DNA from: Iphione sp. A-MEVVRFRX5
Lineage: Eukaryota
Assembly (NCBI GenBank): GCA_976226885.1
Contig: OZ320321.1
Coordinates: 10,230,001-10,294,000, forward strand
Direction: 5' to 3'
Length of the DNA: 64,000 nt
The position numbers and the translations under genes are program-made. The notes beneath the pieces are model-generated. The model had not been told where the DNA came from and searched no databases. It saw only the letters and a program-made list of their open reading frames with translations. Below, one piece after another: positions 37,401 to 48,399 of the stretch (position 1 is its first letter; every line of letters begins with the position of its first letter).

Positions 37401-40400
37401 ACAAAAGGGTTTAGGGTTTGTTTTGGAATCCCCCAATGATGATGTCATCATGGGAAAACCCTAAGGCCCGGTTTCCTTACCTGCGGAAGGGTGCGGGAGA
37501 GTGCGGGAGTTGTCCGTGTGCGTCACCATGCGTTGATCTATTTCCAGCAGACTCCCGGAGCCTCCCGCAGAGGGGTGTCCTTTGACAACCAGTGTGGACC
37601 AGTGCGTTATATGACTGGAAAATACAAAAAACAGCCAAAAAAAGGCCGAAAACTGGCAAATTTCATGGAAACTGGGCCGAAAAACGGCTTATTTCATGGA
37701 AATTCAGCCAAAAAGCGGCAAATTACATAAAAACTGCGCTGAAAAACGGCATATTTCATGGAAATTCGGCCGAAAAACGGCAAAAATGTGTAAAAATTCA
37801 GGAAAAAGACGACGTTATGTGGAAATGTGCAGTATCAACATCTAAAAGTGACCAAAAGTGACCAAAAATGAAGATATACCAGTGCATTGGTCTGCGTTGG
37901 TGTCCGTCTGCAGCAAATTTACGGACCCTTCCCGAAAACGGGCACCGCAGGTCACTGCAGGTCATCGCACCTGCAGGTCACCGCACGTATGGAACACCCT
38001 CCACTGATTGCCTATATCTCGATAATGACATAATTCACCGCAGGTCAACGCACACGCATAGCGCCGCACGTATGGAAACCGGGGCTAACACCCTTGCTGC
38101 CTCCCTGTCAGTGAGAAATCAAAACAAAGTGTGACTGAGAGTGAGGCTAGCCCCTTCTCGGAGAGTTTTTATATCATAACAAAATAAATATCAATCATAA
38201 ACACTTGAAAACTTACTAGAATAATAATATATCCCTCTTCTCTTAATGTACATAAATAAAGGAAACAATTTTTGCAGGGTGATTTTGATTACTTTGATGG
38301 CTTTATGGCAGTGTACGCACTGGAAGTATGCTTTTTTTTCGACCGAGGTGTGGTCATTATGGAATCAACTGAAATGGTCTATGCCTCTTGCCTCCCTCAG
38401 CTGCACCAGTGCAAGCGCTCATACTATAAAAACTGAGTTAACCCTGATATATCAGATTATGTAGCCTGTTGCCTTCCAGGTATTTAGACCTGTGCAGCTT
38501 ATTTCTCCTCATTGGATGACATTGTAGATGTTCTTTATTGTTGGCTATCTGCCACAAAACCAGCCATACCTGGTGTTATACACTATTAACCCTTATTTCC
38601 TGACAAAAGTAGGCTTTGGATTGGAACCTTTCAAGACACCATAGATCAAGAGGTCACCTTGGCACGCTGCACTAACACTTTTTTTTTGGTACTACATGTA
38701 ATATATAATGTTTTTTACTCTGCTCAGAATAGTGTGTACCTAGTGCTATTGGTATTGGTACTGGTATTGGTATTTGTACTAATATAAACTGTTTTTTTAC
38801 TCCCTTCAGAATGGTCTGCACCTAGTGCTATTGGTATTGATACTGATACTGGTATTGGTACTAATATAAACTGTTTATTTTACTCCCCTCAGAATGGTCT
38901 GCACCTAGTGCTATTGGTATTGCTGGTCTTGGAGGCGGCTTCGAAATTGGTGCTGAAGTGAGTACAACAAGCTTGAATCACTCTTATAGAACCTTGTGGT
39001 GAACATAGTGTTTCAGGAATATTTGTGTAGAGTACTAGACAGCAAGAGAACAGGGAGAAGGAGATAATTTAATTAGGATTTCATTTAATGTGTGAAAATG
39101 ATTTGCCTAACCTATATTTGGTATTGTATAGTAAAATGCCTAATACATTATTTTGACAAATCTAATCGGCATCAGACATGGGGTCAAATTCTCTCCAAAG
39201 TTTTTAAATGCAACAAGTGCCTTCGGCCCCTGTACCGTCCAAGTTATTAGGTACTTTGTACTTTTACCCCTCCCCCCAATCTCTGACCTACCCCCCTCCC
39301 CCAACTACTCTTTCAACTATACAACCCTTTGTTCTGCTTGACTGAACAGAGGGATGTAGGAATACACCTAAGAGCAAAGGTAAACCCAAGTAGCATACTG
39401 TTTTGTTTATTTTCTTTGTTTAGTTTTTTTGTGTGTAAGAAAACATCCACCATTCTATATCATTTTAAAAAGTTTGACCAGAAATATATGAAAATAAGCA
39501 AATTATATGACTTGAAAACATCTCACAACAATGAGACCTCCTCCCCATAGCCGGACTACTTTCAGACAACTTTTTATATAGGTAGTGTAAATACTCCCAT
39601 GCCTTTAAATGCAAATGCAAATACCTCTAATGTAATTTCACTAGATCATCAGTATTAATGTATATGTAATATATATGGTTCGGATATTTCACGTACATAA
39701 TTTCCTCCTATTTTTGAAGTAAATAAATACATATTAAGTTAATAGTCATGTTTTCCCATTTTATGTATTAAGTCTCTGGTGAAATGGAGTTTGATGATGT
39801 ATTGTAATGTGCTGGTTATTGATGATGTAATGTGTTGGTTATTGATGATGGCTCATAATTGATTGCTCATAATGTCCTAGTTATTGATGATGTGTTGTAA
39901 TATGGTGGTTGTAATGTGGTGGGTATTGGTAATGGGATGTAATTTGCTGGTTATTGATGATGGGTTATAATGTGCTGGTTATTGATGATGGTTGTAATGT
40001 GCTGGTTATTGATGATGGGTTGTAATGTGCTGGTTATTGATGATAACTTGTAATGTGCTGGTCATACTTAGAAAAGTTCCAGTTTTTGCAAATATTTGAT
40101 TCTAAGAAGAGTATGGCACATTTACATAATTGCATGGTATTTCAGGTCAAGGGTGTGGATAGGGCTTCTGAAAATATAACTGACCTGAACTACTCACCAT
40201 CAAGTTATTTAGGTGAATTATTGCTCTGAACTGTTCTAAATAAATCTAAAATGTTCATTCTAGGATGTAATGAGTTGTTCAGCACATCTTTTTTTATTTT
40301 CATCAGTTGAGTTTGATGGACAAGTTAGTCCAGTCATCAACTTGTTTGTTCACATACTCATGTTATTACATAAGTCAGTATCCATTCTTTAATGCCAGTG

Positions 40401-43400
40401 TATGTGAGATGTAGTTTGTAGGGGTCACCTTAGCTTCGTCTATAGGAAGTGGGTTTGGCTAGCTCAGTGTTGTTTGATAAGTGAGCCAGTATAGTAAGTA
40501 AAAAATATCGGTGTTTCTGTTAACCTGACTGATGCTAGTTTTTGGCCAGGTGTAACCTTTTTTTTCTTGTTACACACTGAGACTGACATGCACACAGTTT
40601 GTTTGTAAATTCCAAGGTATGAAGCTATGTCATAGTCTGTTTGCCCAGAGTCCCACCTAATTGACACATCACTGTGTGACTGGACAAGATGTTTTGTGGT
40701 CACAATATCTGTCAATCAAACTGTTCCATGGCCAATGACATTATGGTGTTTTTTTTTGTTTTTTTTTTTGGTGACAAAATAACATTATGTTATTTTGTCA
40801 CATGACTTGTGTAACCAATCCGTGCAGATGACATTTGAATGACACTCTCACTCATGTGTGACTGTATTAGAATTATGACTGTCACATGTCATAATGTAAA
40901 TGTATAGACATTACATCCATTGAGAACATGTTAAGGTATCTATATTTATTTGTAAAGTATATAAGAAAGTGCAGTACACTGATACTGTGACTATAAACCT
41001 TTTTTTCTAATTTTGAATATTATATGTGGCCATAGTGAAAGTATGACTGTCACGTGATTGGTGGGCGTGGCTATGTGACAGTACGGCGATGTGTCAATTG
41101 AATGGCTGGTGGGGGGATAATAGACTTCATAGGTCCCTTTCTTTGTTCATCAACCCCTGTGGGTATCAGGTTACTGCCGTCAGTCTTAATACCTTTCAGA
41201 GGTGTAGCTCACATTGAGATTACAGCACATGAATGATTGCAGATTAATTAGTAGATCTCTGGACTAGACTAGGTCCGAGTTGGCTTCAGTCTTATTGCAG
41301 ATAGGGCAAGTCTGCCATTTGGGTGAACCTAAAGGAAAGTGGTAATAAGATATGCTCGCTTAAATCACAACTTCAGTCATAGAACATTTGTCAAGGGCTC
41401 AGCCAGGTTATACGTGTCAGCAGGGTTACGTATTTCTCCAAGGCTTTGTCTATCTTTCACCTTACTTATAATGGTCAGCCTTACTTTCAGTGGTGAACTT
41501 TACTACAACTCATCCAAGTACATTCATATCAAGATAATATCTTCCATTCCAGTCCACCATGTTGATCAAGTTCATCTTCCTCAACAAACGGGCAGCTGTG
41601 TAGGCTTTCTCTACGGGTGGTAACCTGATGCTTTGAGGTAACTTCACCATAATGACCAACTATGCCAGCCCATTGTATTGATCAAGTTAGTCTATTCCAC
41701 TTCTTTAGGTGACAGACTTCATCATCATCCTCAACAAACGGGCAGCTGTGCAGGCTTTTTCTAAGGGTGGTAACCTGACACTGGGAGGTAACTTCACCAT
41801 AGCAGCCGGACCACTGGGCAGGAATGTGGAGGGGGATATATCCCTGCGTAGTACCGCTGCTATATATACCTACAGTCGCACCAAGGGACTCTTCGCTGGC
41901 ATCTCCATCGGGGGCAGTGGACTGATCGAGAGAAAAGATGCGAATAAGAAGTAAGATGGTACATGCATTTAAAAGAGTGATTTTAAATATACCACCAGTT
42001 AACTCCCAGAATCAGTTGTATTCAATGCTCTAGCCTCAAATCAGTTAACAAGAGGCAAGAGATGTTCTTAGTGTGTTCTCAGTGTTGAGTAACCATATTC
42101 TAGGAGAGCTTGTGAAAGTGAGATATGTGATCATGCCATGCACATGTATGTGTATCTTCCATGTCGGGAAGAATTCACTCAGCTTTGTGCAATGCATTGT
42201 CAGTGGGACTGAATGGTTTTGGTACGTGAATTGTGAGGTTTAAGTGTAATATGTGAAACAGATTGATATGTGATCACCACTTGTATCTGTCAGTCCAGTT
42301 TAGGATGTGGAAGCTTTTTACGGTCGCTGGTAAGATATTTTTCAAGGGAAACAAGTACCGTTAACTGTGATACATGCAGTTCATCAAGAAAGCCTATTCG
42401 CCTGAAAGATGAATGACTGCTACTAAGTGTGATGTTTTTCTGTACACATAAATAAAAGAAGCTGTCTCTTGAAGGGAAAACTAACCATTTATAGAGCCAA
42501 AAAAATACATTCCTTCCTCATGATAGTCTCAAACCCAGTGCCGCATTTTGGTTCATTGGACTTCTGGTGATTGCCTGGTTCCCGAGTAAGAACTCTAGTC
42601 AAGGATATGGACAGGCAGTGTGTTAGTTTCACTTTGATTTCCTGGGCCATGCGTTTGATCTATAGTTTTAAAAGGATATGGACAGGTAGTGTGTAAATAT
42701 GGTTTCGGTTTCATTTCCTGGGATGTAGGTTTGATCTGTAGATAAGGACATGGATAGGCATTGTATTAGTATGGTGTCGGTTTCTTTTCCTGGCCTGTAG
42801 GTTTGATCTGTAGTTAAGAACATGGATTCACATTGTGTTAGTATGGTTTCGGTTTCGTTTCCTGGGATGTGGTTTTGATCTGCCGGACATGGATACGCAT
42901 TGTATTAGAATGGTTTTGGTGATTGCCTGGGCTGTGCGTTTAATCTGTTGTTAAGGATATTGACAAGGAGTGTTGTGATGTGAGAGTACTGTTTTGCTTT
43001 TCAGTATGATGTAAAATTACGTTTTTGTCCCCCGCCTCATAGAGGGGGGGATATTAGGAATGCTGCCAGCTGGTGTCCCGACCATCTGTCACACTCTTGT
43101 GGGCCTTATAAGTCTTAAACCCTTCACTCAAAAAAACTGATTTTAATATATGATATTGGTATATATGGCCTCATGGCACTGGGTAATTTTGGTAGTAATT
43201 CAAATATTTTGAAGGTGAAATTATGCCAATTTTACTCTTTTCCTAACACACCTACAAACATACATACCTGGTTCAGGGGTTCCTAGGTCTGACAATGCAC
43301 ATACATACACACTCAGTGCTCAGTCATGCAGAACCGAGGGTTTGTAGCAGTCTGGTGCTCAGTGAGGCAGAACCGAGGAGGCTGTGCCCGGTCAGGCAGA

Positions 43401-46400
43401 ACCAAGAGTTGTAAACCTGAAGGACTTAAACAAGTACAGCCAATTACCCCCAAAACAAGCTGCCAATCAAGGTGGTTATAAGGAGAGAGAGACACTACAC
43501 ACACACACACACACACTCATTTTCTCTCTCTCTCTCTCTCTCCCCCCTTCTCCCCCCCCATCTTTATGGGCAGTTGATGGCGGGGGACAATAGACCTCAC
43601 AGGTCCACACTCTTGTTTACATTTTCCCATGAGTTGGCAGTGAGTCAGCATAAAACTTTGCAGGCCTGTTACTTAATTGTTATCTAAGCTAAAGAGATGT
43701 GCTTATAGTTTATTATTTTGCTTAGGTCCTTAGCTTTCATTTGATCAAAACCAGACATGTAGAAGTGGGTCACCTGCGACTGTTGTAGCCTTCCTAGGAT
43801 AAAGCAGCAGAGTGTCAACACTGTTGTAGGTTGACCTGTGACTGTCATAGCCTTCCTAGGATAAAGCAGCGGAGTGTCAACACTGTTGTAGGTTGACCTG
43901 TGACTGTTGTAGCCTTCCTAAGATAAAGCAGCGGAGTGTCAACACTGTCATAAGGTGACCTGTGACTGTCATAGCCTTCCTAGGATAAAGCAGGGGAGTG
44001 TCAACACTGTCGTAGGTTGACCTGCGACTGTCGTAGCCTTCCTAGGATAAAGCAGCAGAGTGTCAACACTGTCGTAGGTTGACCTGCGACTGTTGTAGCC
44101 TTCCTAAGATAAAGCAGGGGAGTGTCAACACTGTTGTAGATTGACCTGTGACTGTTGTAGCCTTCCTAAGGTAAAGCAGCGGAGTGTCAACACTGTTGTA
44201 GATTGACCTGTGACTGCCATAGCCTTCCTACCCATTGCACGACTATTCCATGGTCATTTTGTGCCCCATGACGCATTTTGGCAATCGGTCCATTGTAAGA
44301 AACCCGTCCAACCGGCTAAGGCCTGGATGGGAAAAAACGATGAAAGAAATAGAGGTTTTTGTTAAAATTGCGACTGGACTTTGGTGCTTAGGTTCTATGG
44401 CCGTCCAATCCGGGCCTATGAGATCCTCAATGGCGAGGTGGAGCCTCCCGACCAGTGCACGGAGCTCTACGAAGTGCTGGAGCTGCATGATGAGATGTTC
44501 CAGAAGGCTGCCCTGGCCTACGCCAAGCGGCAGGCTGTAAGCGAGGCGCGCAAGGCCGCCGCCGGGGGCGGGGCTGTCGCCCTCCTCTCCAAGGTGAAGG
44601 TGAGTCAAACGAGGTCCGTGTTCCTTCCCAAGTAGAATATATCCAGAATATCACCTCTGGACATATCAGCCCTGCATATATATCACCTCTGGACATATCA
44701 CCTATGGATATATCACCTATGGATTTATCACCGCTGGATATATCCCCTATGGATATCGAGCACTATATAAATTATTACGAGTTTTGAAAACTAGATTTCT
44801 ACGGCATGCAAGGAGTCTTACCACAGGGCTTAGTTACTTCATGTTTCATTCACGTGTAATTTGTCATCCTGGTGAAGTAAGAGACTGGTGGAGCTAGTGA
44901 TAATTTATTTATTGTTGGTATTCATGATTCCCACCGTTCTTTGAAACAGAACATCAGGAGGCCGAGTCGTGGGACAGAAGGAAGAGCGTCACGGCCGAGC
45001 AGCACCTGGTACGACAGGGGGGACTCCGGGGCGGCCGGAGGGGCGGCAGACTCATCCGAGTCCGACACGGAGGAGGGCTCTCCTAAAGCTGCAGCGAGCA
45101 CCACCACCGCCACCACCACCACCACCACCACCACCGCCTTAAAGGTGGCCCGCAAGGCGTCCCCTAAAGGAGGAGAGACAGGTAGACAGGCGTTGGGCAA
45201 CATGCAGTCTCACTAATCGTATCACAAAAATAGTGTTCCCCAAAGGGAGTTTCTTTTCACTTCGAGTAATATCGTATTTAACAATACTCCATACATGTTC
45301 ATCGACGACTTCATAGTACTTATCAGTCGCAATGGCATTGTATTTGTACAGCTAGATACTACTAGTCAGCACTAAGCCGATATCTTAAATAACAATCTGG
45401 GCAGGCCATCGGAAAAACAGGCAAACACTTCGAAGCTGTTGCGGGGTAGACAAACACTTGGTGAAGTAGTATAACATTAGTATTAGCAGCCAAGAAATCT
45501 AACTTTTGAGGAATGGTACTATCAGTGCCGTCCGCTGAAAAAACGAAAGTAGGAACATAGTCCGAGAATTGTTCAAAGAAAACTGCCTGCCAAGAACGGA
45601 ACACTTCCTGTTATGGTGCTTTTTTCTGTTATTCTGAGAGGATATCTTTAATAATATAAAAAAACGTACATGTATATGCATGAACTACGTTAATATGTGT
45701 CTACGTGTTGTTGACAGATTCCCCATGGGACCGACCTCCAGTAGCTCGTGCCTTGTGGAACTTTGAGGGGGAAATGCCATGCGACCTTATCTTCAGAGAA
45801 GGTAGGTTTCTCATGATCAGCTTCTCCTTTCCTCATACATGCAAAATGAACCTATTTTGAAGACCTTGCTTTGGAGGCGATAACATATTTTGAAAACGGT
45901 AAATTGATTCAGTTGTGGAAGGATTGCTTGTAAGAGACTTCCAATAAAGAGCCATGGAAGGAGTAAATTCATTGGTTCCTCTATACTTACTTTAGACTAT
46001 ACTTCTGGCGGCAGCTTTGTCAGAGAAGGGATGGGGGAAGTTGCAAGGACTAGACCGCAGAGAGAGATAGAGACAGACAGAGTAACAGATGGACAGAGAG
46101 GGGGGAGTAAACCTGCTCCTGCCGTGTTCTGAGCTCAGGAAAGATTTCCCAGCTCTCTCTGATTGGTGGTATGTCAGTCAGTAAGTATGGTACTCAGGGA
46201 AGCCCTCCTTATCTGATTGGTGTTGGGTTAGGCAGTGAGTCCCGTACCTAGGGAAGTCATGCTAGCCTTACCTGAATGGTAGTATGTCAGTCAGTGAGTA
46301 CAGTACATCAGGGAAGCCCACCTTATCTGATTGGTGTTGGGTTAAGCAGTGAGTCCCGTAACTAGAGAAGCTGTGCTAGCCTTAGCTGAATGTTACTATG

Positions 46401-47237
46401 TCATTTGATAAGTACAGTACATCAGGGAAGCCCACCTTATCTGATTGGTGTTGGGTTAGGCAGTGAGTCCCGTACCTATGGAAGTTGTGCTAGCCTTACC
46501 TGAATGGTCGTATGTCAGTCAGGGAGTTTGGTACTCAGGGAAGCCCACCTTATCTGATTGGTGTTGGGTTAGGCAGTGAGAAGCGTACCTAGGGAAGCCA
46601 TGTTAGCCTTACCTGAATGGTACTATGTCATTTGGTGAGTACGGTACTCAGGGAAGCCCACCTTATCTGACTGGTGTTGGGTTAGGCAGTGAGTCCTATA
46701 CCTAGGGAAGCCGTGCTAGCCTTACCTGAATGGTAGTATGTCAGTCAGTGAGTACAGCACACTCAAGAAAGTGTAGTGGTTACTGTAAAGCTGCTTCATT
46801 AGCACTAGTCAAAAAATGTCTCCTGTAACCTGACCGTCCCGGATTTTGACCTCAATGGAACATGTTTTTTCTCATTTTGTAAATATCAAATTCTTATTTT
46901 GTAAATTTATACATATTTATCTAATAGAGTAAATATAGATACAGGCACTTGTAATACACCAATTTGTGTCTTGCATCATTGGTTTTCGTTTGATATAAGT
47001 TTAATTAAGATCTAACCCTTCTTTTTCTCAGCATGTTACTGGAAGCAGAGGCATATTTTCACGGGCCTTAGCATGCTCCTATAACATATCGAGTAACATC
47101 TTAATGTTGGCGTTGTTTTTACAGGGGACGAGATTGAGATTCTGACTCGAACCGGGCAGCAGGACGATTGGTGGGAAGGGAAACTCAACAACAGGATTGG
47201 AATTTTCCCCGCAAACTACGTGGAAGTTACAGCGTGA
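34307..47237 (+). CDS. SH3YL1: SH3 domain-containing YSC84-like protein 1 (SYLF/Ysc84 domain + SH3); join(34307..34421,34654..34767,38893..38957,41709..41950,44392..44599,44950..45181,45718..45801,47125..47237), 1173 nt, 390 aa
   Basis: All eight exons have GT-AG boundaries with compatible phases. They give MVKTPLPSSLKSEAKKAAKILREF...GFLVTARGGSGIVIARL...WSAPSAIGIAGLGGGFEIGAEVTDFIIILN...GGNLTLGGNFTIAAGPLGR...GLFAGIS...FYG..IRAYEIL and the SH3 segment ARALWNFEG..DLIFREGDEIEIL..DDWWEG...GIFPANYV, which match human SH3YL1/yeast Ysc84 motifs as I recall them. Confidence 0.95.
34654..34767 (+). CDS. SH3YL1: SH3YL1 coding exon 2
   Basis: ttcttccag|...|gtaggt; (A)GLVSRAQGLAILTVAKLGFLVTARGGSGIVIARLEGG. 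Confidence 0.93.
35833..36555. repeat. Minisatellite, 31-bp unit, about 23 copies, SH3YL1 intron 2
   Basis: tatatgaacaagaggtggtggcctgtactcc head-to-tail with no spacers; interspersed variants; degenerate outliers at 35577-35640. Confidence 0.97.
37465..38085. mobile_element. PIF/Harbinger-like MITE, family B (621 bp), in SH3YL1 intron 2
   Basis: Left end GGCCCGGTTTCCTTACCTGCGG and right end reverse complement GCCCCGGTTTCCATACGTGCGG; TAA on both flanks (37462-64, 38086-88); A-rich low-complexity core. Confidence 0.8.
38893..38957 (+). CDS. SH3YL1: SH3YL1 coding exon 3
   Basis: ctcccctcag|...|gtgagt; (Q)WSAPSAIGIAGLGGGFEIGAE. Confidence 0.93.
39800..40065. repeat. Minisatellite, about 27-bp unit
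   Basis: tgtaatgtgctggttattgatgatggt repeated roughly 8-9 times with decay. Confidence 0.8.
41709..41950 (+). CDS. SH3YL1: SH3YL1 coding exon 4
   Basis: ttctttag|...|gtaaga; VTDFIIILNKRAAVQAFSKGGNLTLGGNFTIAAGPLGRNVEGDISLRSTAAIYTYSRTKGLFAGISIGGSGLIERKDANK. Confidence 0.95.
42600..42975. repeat. Degenerate minisatellite, about 71-72 bp x5-6
   Basis: aagga(t/c)atgg at 42601, 42672, 42744, 42816; recurring ttagtatggtttcggtttc.tttcctggg.tg..gtttgatct. Confidence 0.75.
43772..44230. repeat. Minisatellite, 62-bp unit, about 7.4 copies, SH3YL1 intron 4
   Basis: acctgcgactgttgtagccttcctaggataaagcagcagagtgtcaacactgttgtaggttg; period of 62. Confidence 0.95.
44392..44599 (+). CDS. SH3YL1: SH3YL1 coding exon 5
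   Basis: cttag|...|gtgagt; (K)FYGRPIRAYEILNGEVEPPDQCTELYEVLE...KVK. Confidence 0.9.
44640..44757. repeat. Short tandem repeat, 14-15-bp unit, about 8 copies
   Basis: atatcacct(c/a)tgga(c) just 3' of SH3YL1 exon 5. Confidence 0.85.
44950..45181 (+). CDS. SH3YL1: SH3YL1 coding exon 6 (low-complexity linker with poly-Thr)
   Basis: gaaacag|...|gtagac; GC-rich and fully open; phase 0 in, phase 1 out, which links exons 5 and 7 exactly. Confidence 0.8.
45718..45801 (+). CDS. SH3YL1: SH3YL1 coding exon 7 (SH3 N-terminal half)
   Basis: ttgacag|...|gtaggt; (D)SPWDRPPVARALWNFEGEMPCDLIFRE. Confidence 0.9.
46160..46770. repeat. Minisatellite, 113-114-bp unit, about 5 copies, SH3YL1 intron 7
   Basis: tcagggaagccc at 46194, 46308, 46422, 46535, 46648. 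Confidence 0.93.
47125..47237 (+). CDS. SH3YL1: SH3YL1 coding exon 8 (SH3 C-terminal half and stop)
   Basis: tttttacag|; (G)DEIEILTRTGQQDDWWEGKLNNRIGIFPANYVEVTA*. Confidence 0.95.
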
Positions 47238-48399
47238 GAGCATGTCACGAGGTTGCCGACGAGTTCGTAGACAACAGGCGGTATAATCTGGCCCATATCT
47301 ACCTACGTGAATGTACAAGGGACTCCTGTGTCAAGACCAGATCGCAGGGGAGACCATACCTCCGAAGACACCTCTTTCTCATAGAATCAAATACATGTAG
47401 TCAAATTTCCTATACGAGAGAAGACCACAGGGGAGACCAGCTTGCAGAGGAGACCATATTTCTCCAGTTGGTGACCGCCTAAGTGAGAGTACATTTAACT
47501 GCCCTAGCAGTCAAGCCAGAGTATGCCAGAGATCTGCCCTTATCAGATGCAACCTTTCTATTCACTTACACGCCTACGACATGCATTAATTCATTTTTCT
47601 TAAGGATTGTGCGCGATGTTTAACACCAAATCCCCGGTGGCCAGGCTCGTGATGAATGTACAGCAGGTTATGGCCCCGCCTGCCGCTGGGTACGTGTCCC
47701 TTTCATGTGCATGGCAGTCGACTGGGAAGCCACGTCTGATCCAACCCATTGTGTTCCAAATCATATCTCAGATCATGAAGCATTGACACTTAAAGAAATC
47801 TATCAATTCTATTTTCTTGTATTTATACACTGGTTATTGTTTATCGAAGGGTGCTTTGTCATACGGAGGTGTTTTGCACGTCCTGACAGTTGATCACTAG
47901 TAGTAAAGCGGCGTGAGCTCGTCTCTACAGGTGCATTACAATACACGTTAACTTTGTAAATTCAGAGTAACTTTTGTACACCTCATTTTTATGCAGCACG
48001 TATATGTTGATATATTTGATACCTTTAGTTTGCTAAGGAATGGGCTGATTATATTTTTGTTCCAGAAATCATATACTATTCAGTGTCTGTACAGCTGTAT
48101 GCTATGAAACGTATTTCAAAAATATCCCACCACAGTTTCCATACGATGTGTATATTCTGTTAGCTGCAGTAAAAGTAGCATTATGTGATTATAACGTGTG
48201 ACTATAACGGCAGAGTTCTAGTGAATGATCCATCTGGAGCCTAAAGGCCTAGCCTTGTTTGAAATTATATGAACTACTGGATAACATTGTCATTAGAATT
48301 ATCGCCGTCTTTTAGCGGCGGGCAGCCTCCGTCCTGTCATGGCTGCACCACGATGTCTATCCACCTTATGTATACATCCTATAAATGGGAGCTGCAGAA

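Noticed and set aside
43021-43260. Possible Helentron-associated (HINE/DINE-like) element
   Set aside because: The cccccgcc...ggggggatat hairpin start is suggestive, but I could not find the subterminal repeats or 3' end.
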